A program made the position numbers and the translations under genes. DNA of 64,000 bases, taken from NCBI GenBank assembly GCA_945901725.1, contig CAMDLK010000002.1, positions 492 to 64,491 on the forward strand, read 5' to 3'. The notes under the pieces are model-generated. The model was not told the origin of the DNA and made no database searches. It was given only the letters and a program-made list of their open reading frames with translations. This document shows positions 47,914 through 56,978 of the stretch, piece by piece; position 1 is the stretch's first letter, and each line of letters opens with the position of its first letter. Source of the DNA: Bifidobacterium breve. Lineage in GTDB: Bacteria > Actinomycetota > Acidimicrobiia > Acidimicrobiales > Ilumatobacteraceae.

Positions 47914-49883
47914 GATTCTTGCGATTTTTTGCGGTATGCCTTATTGCACTTGGCATTGCGTCGCCCGTGACTCACGTACAGGCAGGCACCCACACAACGG
48001 CACTGGGAATACCCGAATTGAAGATTGTTTCTCAACCATTCAATGTTCTCACCACAGTTAATTCACGCTTTGTTCTGTCACCCGACCTCGAGACCTTCGT
48101 TGCCGCAGATGATCGGCTTGAATTTCTTCTTCATCGTCGCGTTGCATCACGCGATTCGTTTCGTTCTATCGCCGACGGTGATGTCATCCCAGGCGTGACT
48201 GACTCAATCAGTTTTCGCCTGTCGCGCATTACTCGTGATGATGAAGGCCACCTCGTCGCAGTTGTCCCCATCAGCACCAGTGACAAACCAGGCGCAGCGT
48301 TGTCAATTCCATTTGAGGGCGTGTACCCACTCACTATTCGTATCGTTGATTCACAAACGGGTGATGTTGTTACGTCAGTAATGACATTCTTGAATCGTCG
48401 CGACCCGAAACTTGAAACTCCAGTTGTTCCGTTCAGTACAGTCGTTTCACTCACTAGCCCTCCATCGTTGGAGCCAAATGGTCCATCGATCGTCACTGAC
48501 AATGCACGCGATGCAATTACACGCCTTATTGATTTTCTCTCTACGTTTCGTTACAACGTCACCATCTCTATTCAGCCTGAAATCATTGCTGCATTTGCCA
48601 ATTCAACGGTGCCGGGGGACGTTGAACTCTTTACAAGATTACGAGATCTCTTACGAGATCGAACAATAGTGAACACCACATTCGCACCGTCTAATCCTTC
48701 ACTTTTTGCCGCAATGAATTTGTCGTCGGAATTTGCTGCGCAATTGAAATTTGGAGAAAAGATACTGAATCGACTTCTGCCCGGAGTCACGATTCAACGT
48801 CAGACATGGGTTGCGGCTGACAATATCGATGCCCCAGCAATGTCAGTGTTGAAGTCTGCCGGCATCACATCAATTATCTTGCTGCCTTCTGCACAGACTT
48901 TGGTAACGAGCGAACGGTCATTATCGCTGCTTGGTCGCGCGACAAGAACTGGCAACGAAATGATTTCCGTGGTCAGTCCATTGAATGGTGCAGCGCAATT
49001 GAAGCACACGCAACCAGAAGGCTCACAGCGTCTTGCATACAAAATTGCTGCTGAGCTTTTAGTGGAACGAGATGATTTGCTAGCCCAAGAAAACGCTCCG
49101 ACCGAAATCAAGATGGGTGTCGTTGCTCCATTTAACGATGTTGCGGAGTCTGGCGCAGCCGTCACCGCAACACGAGTTTTGTCTCAATCAAGTGGTTTTT
49201 CTATGAATGACTTTGGTGGCACATTTGTTGTCAACCCAATCACCCCAGCAGTCGCCTTCGCACCAAACAGCACGTCTTTTGATATCAGCAGAGCCTCAAG
49301 TATTCGTGCAACCCGCAGGGACCTAGACGCAACCGTGTCCATGCTCGGTCCAGATGATGTCCGCCGTGAGACTTGGCCCTCTCTCTTTTCGCTCGGTACC
49401 TCCACCATCACGTCCTTCCCTGGCGCCTACATCACTTCCTTGCGTACAACCATGCGTGCAACACGTGACGCAGTCACTGTTACCACTCCAAAGTCAGTCA
49501 CGCTCTCTAGCCGCACTGGAGCGATTCGTATCCAAGTGCGCAATGACTCTGACCAAGACCTCACGGTGCGAGTGCGCTTGACTAGTGCCAAATTGACTCT
49601 GACTGATCCAAGCCGAGTCGTTGTGCTCACAAAAGGCGGCACCACGGAACTCAATGTGACAGCCACAACTCGCGCAAGCGGTGAGATCCCCATCTCGATC
49701 TGGGTGTCGACGCCAGAAGGAAGCCTGTCCGTCGTCGACCCCATCACTATCTCTGCCAATGTCAATGCCATAGCTGCGTACGGACAATTTGTGAGCCTGA
49801 TTCTCCTACTTTTGCTGTTTGCATGGTGGTGGTCGAACCGTCGGTCAGCACGACGCGAACGGCTGAACACGACTACGGTTTAA
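47910..49883 (+). CDS. Large secreted protein with C-terminal TM anchor (Rv3909/DUF6049-like by position)
   Basis: N-terminal signal 'FFAVCLIALGIASPVTHVQA' and C-terminal 'FVSLILLLLLFAWWW'. Sits downstream of cca as in other actinobacteria. Confidence 0.55.
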   Translation: MRFLRFFAVCLIALGIASPVTHVQAGTHTTALGIPELKIVSQPFNVLTTVNSRFVLSPDLETFVAADDRLEFLLHRRVASRDSFRSIADGDVIPGVTDSISFRLSRITRDDEGHLVAVVPISTSDKPGAALSIPFEGVYPLTIRIVDSQTGDVVTSVMTFLNRRDPKLETPVVPFSTVVSLTSPPSLEPNGPSIVTDNARDAITRLIDFLSTFRYNVTISIQPEIIAAFANSTVPGDVELFTRLRDLLRDRTIVNTTFAPSNPSLFAAMNLSSEFAAQLKFGEKILNRLLPGVTIQRQTWVAADNIDAPAMSVLKSAGITSIILLPSAQTLVTSERSLSLLGRATRTGNEMISVVSPLNGAAQLKHTQPEGSQRLAYKIAAELLVERDDLLAQENAPTEIKMGVVAPFNDVAESGAAVTATRVLSQSSGFSMNDFGGTFVVNPITPAVAFAPNSTSFDISRASSIRATRRDLDATVSMLGPDDVRRETWPSLFSLGTSTITSFPGAYITSLRTTMRATRDAVTVTTPKSVTLSSRTGAIRIQVRNDSDQDLTVRVRLTSAKLTLTDPSRVVVLTKGGTTELNVTATTRASGEIPISIWVSTPEGSLSVVDPITISANVNAIAAYGQFVSLILLLLLFAWWWSNRRSARRERLNTTTV

Positions 49884-49886
49884 TTC

Positions 49887-50726
49887 ATGACCGTACGTAT
49901 CGTGACCGACTCTTCCTGCGACCTTCCACAAGCCATGGCTGACGCTCTGGGAATTCGCATTGTTCCTCTCAGTGTTCGTTTCGGCGACACCGAATACATC
50001 GACCGCACCACCATCACCGCAACCGAGTTCTGGTCAAAGTGTGCGGCGTCTGCCACATTGCCTGAAACCGCAGCCCCCTCGCCTGGTTCCTTCGAGGAAA
50101 CCTACAGAAGTCTTGCTGCAGAAGGCGCAACCGCCATCGTTGTGGTCGCGCTCTCCTCCGATTTGTCGGCCACAATGCAGAGCGCCGAGCTTGCTGCTCG
50201 CGCCGTTGCCCCTGGAATCGATGTTCGTATCGTCGATAGTCGCAATGCCTCAATGGGCCTCGGACTCACCGTTCTCGCCTGTGCCGAACTAGCAAAGACC
50301 GGCGCATCTGCCGACGAAGTAGTTGCGCGTGCACAATCAGTCATTCCTCGCACCCGCGTGTTTGCAGCTCTCGACACTCTCGACAACTTGAAAAAGGGTG
50401 GTCGAATCGGTGGTGCGAAGGCCATGCTCGCAACCGTGATGTCAATCAAGCCATTGATCTCAATTACGAATGGTCTTGTTGAAGAAGCTGGGAAACAGCG
50501 CACACGATCAAAAGCACTTGCTCACCTCGTTGACATTTTGCGCAACCAAGAAGTTCCCATTGAGCGACTCGCCGTTCTGAATGCACAATGTGCGGACATC
50601 GATTCGTTTATTGCAATGGTGAAAGAGGTCTACACCGGCGAAATTATTGTCGGTGACATCGGTGCAGTTATCGGTACTCACGCCGGTCAGGGAACTATCG
50701 GAATCGTTTTTCTCCTTTCTGCATAA
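49887..50726 (+). CDS. DegV family fatty-acid-binding protein
   Basis: 'IVTDSSCDLP', 'TAAPSPG', 'VVALSSDLSATMQSA'. Confidence 0.85.
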   Translation: MTVRIVTDSSCDLPQAMADALGIRIVPLSVRFGDTEYIDRTTITATEFWSKCAASATLPETAAPSPGSFEETYRSLAAEGATAIVVVALSSDLSATMQSAELAARAVAPGIDVRIVDSRNASMGLGLTVLACAELAKTGASADEVVARAQSVIPRTRVFAALDTLDNLKKGGRIGGAKAMLATVMSIKPLISITNGLVEEAGKQRTRSKALAHLVDILRNQEVPIERLAVLNAQCADIDSFIAMVKEVYTGEIIVGDIGAVIGTHAGQGTIGIVFLLSA

Positions 50727-50765
50727 GGGGTATACCCCGCTTAGGGGGTGTTTCAGAAGTAGCGT

Positions 50766-52472
50766 TTGTTCCCAGTAATGGCTGCAGCACGACACTCCGA
50801 TGACCTCATAGGTAATAGGTACCGTCTTGAGAGCACGATTGCTTCTGGTGGCATGGCTGATGTGTGGCGTGCAACTGACTTGCATCTTGGTCGATTAGTC
50901 GCTGTAAAACTCTTACGCGCAAGTGTTATGGATGATCCAATCGTCACCGAGCGATTTCGTCGCGAAGCTCGCGCTCTTGCACGACTCACTCATCCAAACA
51001 TTGTTCCGGTGTATGACTGCGTCGAAGAAAATGGTCAAGTTGCATTAATCATGCGACTCATCGAAGGTAAGTCGTTGCGCGAATTACTCGATGAAGCAAA
51101 TGACTCAGACCAAGCGGGAATGCTCAGCGTTCATCTCACTGTGCACATTGGTCGCGCAATTGCAGCTGCACTTGCTAAAGCGCACGCAGAAAATATCGTG
51201 CACCGCGACATCAAGCCAGGCAACATTCTCATCATGCAACAAGGCGAGGTGTTGCTGACAGATTTTGGTATTGCCAAGCCATTAAAGAGTTCAAAAGAAG
51301 ATGGAACAGACCTCACGCGTGTTGACATCATGATGGGAACTGCAAAGTATTTGTCTCCTGAACAAGTGCAAGGCCGTGATCTTGATGGTCGCGCAGACAT
51401 GTATTCACTGGGGCTCGTTTTGTACGAATGCCTAGCAGGACATGCTCCTTTTAAGGAAGATAACGATCAAGCAACTGCAGTCGCTCGTCTGCAGCGCGAC
51501 CCCACTCCGCTCACCGGAATTCGCTCTGATGTACCAAGCAATGTCATTGCAGTAATCAACAAGATGTTGCGCCGCAAACCTGAGCATCGTTACGACGATT
51601 GCAATGAAGTAGCACAAGCTCTTGAATTTGCCATTAAGAATGTGCATGATGCGATGACGCCAGTCGGTGGTCTCTCACCTGCAGGCAGTGCGCCAACAAC
51701 TTCGCGATCACGTCCAGATCTCAATGATCCGTTGATGCCAAAAAAGCAACCGCGTCAATTTTCGGTAGTAGAAAATGACGACACACCACAAAAGCCTGTT
51801 GCGAAGCGAGACATAACACCGCGCGGAATTGTACGCACAGATAAGTCATTGCCTCCCTCGCAACAAACGTCTACAAAGCGCAAGTACATTCCCATTGCAT
51901 TGCTGCTTGTTGCTGCATTAGTGATGTCGGTGATGTTGTGGCGTGGATTACAAAACACAAAATCGGTTCCTGGCGGTGTTGCGCCTGTCGTTGTGAATGA
52001 CATTGTCGTTGGTCCCGTGTCGGTAGTGGGCCTACGAAGTTATGACCCCAATGGTGACGATGGGCAAGAGAACGAAGCCATGATTCCTAACCTCACTGAC
52101 AACAATCCGGCCACTTCATGGACCACCGTGTGTTACGGAAACCAATACTTCGGCTCTAAAGGTGGGGTCGGAGTGGTCGTGCAGTTATCTGGCATCGGTA
52201 TTGGCTCTTTGGCCGCAACATTCGCAACTGCCCCGTGGAATGCCGATGTCTTTGTGTCAACAAGTGAAGCAATTCCCACCACGCTTGACGGTTGGGGCCC
52301 TCGCGTTGCAGATTCAAATGGCCCTGCGCCAGGTGCTGCAACGTTCCCGGTCGCCACACCGGCTCGAAATGTCTTGCTATTGATGCGCGAAGCCGGGCGG
52401 AGCACCTCGTGCAGCAACAGCAATCCCTATAAGGGCATGCTGTCTGACCTTTCGTTCACATCAGGGAAATAG
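50766..52472 (+). CDS. Transmembrane Ser/Thr protein kinase with an extracellular beta-rich (MviN/Rv3910 ectodomain-like) C-terminal domain
   Basis: 'GGMADVW', 'VAVKLL', 'HRDIKPGNIL', 'DFGIA', 'YLSPEQ'. TM is 'IPIALLLVAALVMSVMLW' and the ectodomain carries '..NPATSWTT..'. An alternative ATG start is at 50778. Confidence 0.9.
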   Translation: MFPVMAAARHSDDLIGNRYRLESTIASGGMADVWRATDLHLGRLVAVKLLRASVMDDPIVTERFRREARALARLTHPNIVPVYDCVEENGQVALIMRLIEGKSLRELLDEANDSDQAGMLSVHLTVHIGRAIAAALAKAHAENIVHRDIKPGNILIMQQGEVLLTDFGIAKPLKSSKEDGTDLTRVDIMMGTAKYLSPEQVQGRDLDGRADMYSLGLVLYECLAGHAPFKEDNDQATAVARLQRDPTPLTGIRSDVPSNVIAVINKMLRRKPEHRYDDCNEVAQALEFAIKNVHDAMTPVGGLSPAGSAPTTSRSRPDLNDPLMPKKQPRQFSVVENDDTPQKPVAKRDITPRGIVRTDKSLPPSQQTSTKRKYIPIALLLVAALVMSVMLWRGLQNTKSVPGGVAPVVVNDIVVGPVSVVGLRSYDPNGDDGQENEAMIPNLTDNNPATSWTTVCYGNQYFGSKGGVGVVVQLSGIGIGSLAATFATAPWNADVFVSTSEAIPTTLDGWGPRVADSNGPAPGAATFPVATPARNVLLLMREAGRSTSCSNSNPYKGMLSDLSFTSGK

Positions 52473-52595
52473 CGCACTCAATCAACTAACTAGTCTGTTG
52501 TCATCACAGATATTGATGATTCCATTCTCGTTCGTCGTGCCAAGCGTGGCGACCAAAGCGCCGTTGATGCCCTGTTACGTGTTCACTACGACACC

Positions 52596-53093
52596 GTGCG
52601 GGCTGTCTGTCACCGCATTGTCATCAATAAGTCAGACGCTGAAGATGCCACCCAAATGGCTCTGATGTCCATTGTTCGCGCACTTCCCTCGTTCGATGGT
52701 CGCTCAAAGTTTTCAACCTGGGTCTATCGCATTGCCACAAACGCGGCCCTTGATGAAGTGCGCCGCATCAAACGTCGTCCTCTTCCTACAGATAAGGAGT
52801 CGGTCTACGACTCGCCCGCTGGCGACCGAACCGGTGCCGTTGATGCCCAAATGGATGTTTCGGGTGCCTTATCCCATTTGCCAGAGGAATATCGCACCGC
52901 CATTGTTCTTCGCCACGTTGCCGATCTTGATTACGAAGAGATTGCCGCCATTCAAGGGGTGCCGGTCGGAACTGTTCGGTCTCGCCTTGCCCGTGGTCGC
53001 GCCCAATTAGCCGAAATTCTGGGGAACCAAAATGCGTCGTCAGATCGTCAGACAATGACCACCACTGCGCCGCCCGAAGGGAGTGCCCCATGA
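52596..53093 (+). CDS. ECF RNA polymerase sigma factor (SigM-like); the true N-terminus probably extends upstream to ~52503-52512
   Basis: 'DAEDATQMALMSIVRAL..F.GRSKFSTWVYRIATNAALDEVRR' and region 4 'IAAIQGVPVGTVRSRLARGR'. The in-frame upstream sequence encodes 'DDSILVRRAKRGDQSAVDALLRVHYDT' (region 2.1) but contains no ATG/GTG/TTG. Confidence 0.85.
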   Translation: MRAVCHRIVINKSDAEDATQMALMSIVRALPSFDGRSKFSTWVYRIATNAALDEVRRIKRRPLPTDKESVYDSPAGDRTGAVDAQMDVSGALSHLPEEYRTAIVLRHVADLDYEEIAAIQGVPVGTVRSRLARGRAQLAEILGNQNASSDRQTMTTTAPPEGSAP

Positions 53094-53698
53094 ACGATGA
53101 TGAACTAGACCCAGAGGTTATGGCCGCCCTTCGTGATATTGCCCCGGCATCTGGTGCCTTACGCGACAAGCACATCGCCGCTGCCCTTGCCGAAATATCA
53201 GCAGCCGGGGCTCGGTCTCGCACTAAATGGCTTAGTGCGGCAGCTGCAGTTCTCGTCCTGCTTGTTGGTGGCAATGCTCTCTACGCATCACTTTCCCCGT
53301 CCACTGACTCGAACGTGACCCCGAGAAATGGCATAGTCACCACCACAGTTCCGGTCAAAGGTTCTGTGTGTGGCGCAGATCTGGCTGACTACACATTCGT
53401 TGGTGCCTATTCGACAGCCGGGTCCGTGCGAGAAGTATGGAGCTCCAAACAAGACCTCACAGTTGTTGACCAAACCTCGTGTACCCAACTCGACACATTC
53501 ACGCACCCCGCCGCAGTTGCGAGCGACAAGATATGTGAGGGTTTTTTCACGTCCTTTGCGCCCGAAGGTGTTCAGTGGGTGGGTACCTACTCAGTCGCGA
53601 GCGCAGAATTCGTGCTTGTCGCAACGCCAAGTGAACTACAGATCCGCGACGGCTCATGTGCTGTTATTGCCAGTTATCCACTTCCTCTACAGCCGTAA
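53090..53698 (+). CDS. Putative anti-sigma factor (single-pass membrane protein)
   Basis: ATGA overlap with the sigma gene, TM 'AAAAVLVLLVGGNALYA' and an extracytoplasmic C-domain. No HxxxCxxC zinc motif was seen. Confidence 0.5.
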   Translation: MNDDELDPEVMAALRDIAPASGALRDKHIAAALAEISAAGARSRTKWLSAAAAVLVLLVGGNALYASLSPSTDSNVTPRNGIVTTTVPVKGSVCGADLADYTFVGAYSTAGSVREVWSSKQDLTVVDQTSCTQLDTFTHPAAVASDKICEGFFTSFAPEGVQWVGTYSVASAEFVLVATPSELQIRDGSCAVIASYPLPLQP

Positions 53699-53737
53699 GC
53701 CCATTGCCCCACTTGGTGTCGCCGTTAGGCTGAACCT

Positions 53738-54064
53738 ATGGTGTCAAACCCTCTGACCGATCCTGAATGGGCGGACCGCTCTGTCGATTTCATCGACCGC
53801 GTCGTCAGCACCATTCGCCGGTACACCACGCAACCACTCGTCACCACGGCCCGAGGCATTGTCTTTGGCTTGCTTGGTGCCTTCGGTGTCGTGGCAATGG
53901 TGGTCTTGTTCGTTGTGGGTCTTACCCGCGGACTGCAAGCAGCACTTGATGCCGTCGTAAACCACGAAGCAGCCGTGTGGATTTCATATTTCATCCTGGC
54001 CGCAATCTTTGGGCTTCTCGGAGCCCTACTGATGCGCCGCCGTTACACAGAAGAAGACAAATAA
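53738..54064 (+). CDS. Small membrane protein (2 TM)
   Basis: 108 aa with two long hydrophobic helices. The stop abuts the trxB start. Confidence 0.55.
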   Translation: MVSNPLTDPEWADRSVDFIDRVVSTIRRYTTQPLVTTARGIVFGLLGAFGVVAMVVLFVVGLTRGLQAALDAVVNHEAAVWISYFILAAIFGLLGALLMRRRYTEEDK

Positions 54065-55009
54065 ATGAGCAACGTTCGTAACACCATCATCATTGGCTCT
54101 GGCCCTGCCGGACTCACTGCAGCTATATACACAGCGCGTGCCTCACTTGAGCCACTCGTCATTGAAGGTGAACCAAGTTCCAGCAGCGATCAGCCTGGCG
54201 GTCAACTCATGTTGACAACCGAGGTTGAAAACTTCCCGGGCTTTCCTGAAGGCATCATGGGACCAGAACTCATGATGAATTTCCGCTCACAAGCAGAACG
54301 CTTTGGTGCAGAGTTCATTACTGAAAAAGTAACCAAGGTTGACTTCTCGTCTCGCCCATTCAAAGTGTGGATTCGCGACACTGAATACAGTGCGAACTCA
54401 ATCATTGTTGCAACAGGTGCACAGTCATTAATGCTTGATTTACCTAAGGAAACCGAGCTTATTGGGCATGGTGTCTCCACCTGTGCAACATGCGACGGGT
54501 TCTTCTTTCGCGGTCAAGAAATTGTCGTTGTCGGTGGCGGTGACTCTGCAGTTGAAGAAGCAACGTTCCTTACAAAGTTCGCATCAAAGGTGCACCTCAT
54601 TGTTCGTCGTGATGCATTGCGCGCATCTCGCATCATGCAAGACCGTGCAATCTCTAACGAGAAGATTGAAATTCACTGGAACTCGAAAGTGTCTGAACTG
54701 CACGGTGAACAATCACTCTCTGGTGTCACTCTTACCGACACAGTCACTGGTGCAACTAGCCCACTTGCTGTTACTGGCTTGTTCATTGCTATTGGCCACA
54801 AACCAAACACAGCAATTTTCCAGAACGTGTTGAACATGGAAGATTCCGGTTACCTGCTAACACGTGATGGTTCTACATACACAGACATCGAAGGCATCTT
54901 TGCCTGTGGTGATGTGCAAGATCACACCTATCGCCAAGCAATCACCGCTGCTGGTTCAGGCTGCATGGCAGCTCTTGATTGCGAGCGCTGGCTCGAACAC
55001 CAGCACTAG
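54065..55009 (+). CDS. trxB: Thioredoxin-disulfide reductase
   Basis: 'IIGSGPAG', redox-active 'CATCDG', 'VVGGGDSA'. Confidence 0.95.
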   Translation: MSNVRNTIIIGSGPAGLTAAIYTARASLEPLVIEGEPSSSSDQPGGQLMLTTEVENFPGFPEGIMGPELMMNFRSQAERFGAEFITEKVTKVDFSSRPFKVWIRDTEYSANSIIVATGAQSLMLDLPKETELIGHGVSTCATCDGFFFRGQEIVVVGGGDSAVEEATFLTKFASKVHLIVRRDALRASRIMQDRAISNEKIEIHWNSKVSELHGEQSLSGVTLTDTVTGATSPLAVTGLFIAIGHKPNTAIFQNVLNMEDSGYLLTRDGSTYTDIEGIFACGDVQDHTYRQAITAAGSGCMAALDCERWLEHQH

Positions 55010-55011
55010 TC

Positions 55012-55533
55012 ATGACTACGCGCATCGGAGTCGTTTCGGTTTCAGACCGTGCCTCTTCCGGCGTGTACGAAGATAAAGGTGCTCCTGCGATCCATCAGTT
55101 CCTCACGGGTTGCATCACCTCTCCTATTGAATTCGTCAATCGCTTGATCCCAGACGAACTCGACACCATCTCGTCAACACTGATTGATCTGATCGATGTG
55201 GAGAATTGCGCATTGGTCATCACTACGGGCGGTACTGGTCCATCGCCCCGCGACGTAACGCCAGAAGCAACCGAAGCGGTATGCACCAAGATGCTCCCGG
55301 GATTCGGTGAAGCAATGCGGGCGGTGTCTATTGGTCTAATCCCCACCGCCATCTTGTCCCGTCAAACAGCAGGCATTCGTGGTTCGGCTCTCATCATCAC
55401 CTTGCCAGGCAAACCCACTGCTATTGCGGAATGCCTCGGTGCAGTCATCGCCGCAGTCCCCGATTGTTTAAGCGTGATTGGCGCACCTTCCATCGAGTTG
55501 ATACCCGCCATTGGCACGTATCGCCCTCACTAA
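55012..55533 (+). CDS. mogA: Molybdopterin adenylyltransferase MogA
   Basis: 'RIGVVSVSDRASSGVYEDKG', 'TTGGTGPSPRDVTPEAT', 'MPGFGEAMR', 'LPGKP'. Confidence 0.85.
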   Translation: MTTRIGVVSVSDRASSGVYEDKGAPAIHQFLTGCITSPIEFVNRLIPDELDTISSTLIDLIDVENCALVITTGGTGPSPRDVTPEATEAVCTKMLPGFGEAMRAVSIGLIPTAILSRQTAGIRGSALIITLPGKPTAIAECLGAVIAAVPDCLSVIGAPSIELIPAIGTYRPH

Positions 55534-55574
55534 ACATTGCGGCAGTAACATAGGCAATGACGAGAGGTTTGGCT

Positions 55575-55904
55575 ATGGCTATCACACTTACAAGTGCCAC
55601 ATTTGATGAGGTAATCAACAGTTCAGATACACCGATTTTGGTTGACTTTTGGGCCGAATGGTGCGGACCGTGCAAGCAAATTGCGCCCATCCTCGATCAA
55701 ATCGGTGCAGAGATGCCAACCCAAATCACCATTGCAAAGCTCAATGTTGATGACTATGGCGACATTGCTGGTCGATTCAATGTCATGAGCATTCCCACCA
55801 TGTTGTTGTTCGACAAGGGCGAGATCAAAACCAAAATTGTTGGTGCGATGCCAAAGGGTCGCATGCTCGAGGAGCTTTCCAAATTTCTTCCGGCTTCCCA
55901 ATAG
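55575..55904 (+). CDS. trxA: Thioredoxin
   Basis: 'WAEWCGPCK'. GAGAGG RBS sits before the ATG at 55575; the ORF opens at 55557. Confidence 0.9.
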   Translation: MAITLTSATFDEVINSSDTPILVDFWAEWCGPCKQIAPILDQIGAEMPTQITIAKLNVDDYGDIAGRFNVMSIPTMLLFDKGEIKTKIVGAMPKGRMLEELSKFLPASQ

Positions 55905-55927
55905 GTCCAGGGCACCGCGGTCCAGCG

Positions 55928-56866
55928 GTGCATGATCTACAACGTCGACTCTCGGCTGCAGGTTTTCTTGCTCCAGGCTCAGCTGAAGATTTCAACTTCT
56001 GTGCGCGCACACACAGTGCTGTTCTAGCATTTCAAGATTCATACGGTCTTGCGGCTACCGGTGAATGCGATGAGCAAACGTGGTCGGCATTAATTGAAAC
56101 GTCGTGGACTCTGGGAGAACGTTTGTTGTTTCTTCGCACACCCAACATTCGTGGGGATGATGTTGCCGAATTACAAACACAACTGAACCGTCTTGGTTTT
56201 AACTGTGGACGTGTTGATGGCATCTACGGCCAGAAAGCAGTGGATGCCGTTTCAGAGTTTCAGCGCAATATGGGCATCGCTGCAAATGGCGTCTGTAGCC
56301 CTGAATTCATTGACTTTTTGAAGCAGATGGGTTCGCAATCTGGAGCAGGTCCTGGTGTTGCTGCAGTACGAGAATCAATTGATTTAGGCAACACCGATGC
56401 ACGCGATGATGCGCGACTAGTTGTTGGTTATTTCATTGGTGGTGCACAACTTGCGCATGCAATTCTTCGTCGCGCAAAACAAACTCACCCTCTAGCTACA
56501 TCTGTTGATGCAGATGCATCGTCACAAGCGCAAGCTGCAAATCAATTTGTTGCAGATGCGTACATCGGTTGTGAAGTATCAAACGATGATGGATGCATTG
56601 TTTACTTCTATGAAGTACCAACGTTTGTCAGTGTCGGCGGACGCAACCTTGCGTTACGTGTTGCCGCTGCAATTTCATCACGTGTGCCTGAATTGTCTGT
56701 TCGGGCCATTGGAATTCGTCATCCGGTTCTTCGTGAAACGCGAATGCCGGCAATTTTGTGTTCCATGGGCCCAGTTGACATGGTGGCCTTGACCACAAGC
56801 TCCCTTGCTTTGGCTATTACGGATGCTTTTGATGCCTGGCGCGAAGATCCACTGCACGAGATCTAG
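55928..56866 (+). CDS. cwlM: CwlM-type N-acetylmuramoyl-L-alanine amidase homolog (two PG-binding domains plus an amidase_3 domain)
   Basis: Two 'V..LQ..L...G......DG.(Y/F)...T..A(V/L)..FQ' repeats and a C-terminal amidase-like domain. Position after trxA matches M. tuberculosis. Confidence 0.8.
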   Translation: MHDLQRRLSAAGFLAPGSAEDFNFCARTHSAVLAFQDSYGLAATGECDEQTWSALIETSWTLGERLLFLRTPNIRGDDVAELQTQLNRLGFNCGRVDGIYGQKAVDAVSEFQRNMGIAANGVCSPEFIDFLKQMGSQSGAGPGVAAVRESIDLGNTDARDDARLVVGYFIGGAQLAHAILRRAKQTHPLATSVDADASSQAQAANQFVADAYIGCEVSNDDGCIVYFYEVPTFVSVGGRNLALRVAAAISSRVPELSVRAIGIRHPVLRETRMPAILCSMGPVDMVALTTSSLALAITDAFDAWREDPLHEI

Positions 56867-56944
56867 TTATCCACAGGCAATCCACAGCTGTGCGTATCTC
56901 TAAAGTCTCTACCCACAGTTGAGGGTGATAGCGGTGTGGATAAC
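56867..56944. promoter_or_regulatory. DnaA-box cluster in the cwlM-parB intergenic region
   Basis: TTATCCACA (56867, perfect), CAATCCACA (56878), the weak CTACCCACA (56909), and TGTGGATAA (56936, perfect, inverted). Confidence 0.5.
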
Positions 56945-56978
56945 TACACCGTTGGTATTTGAAACCAGAACCGGCTGA

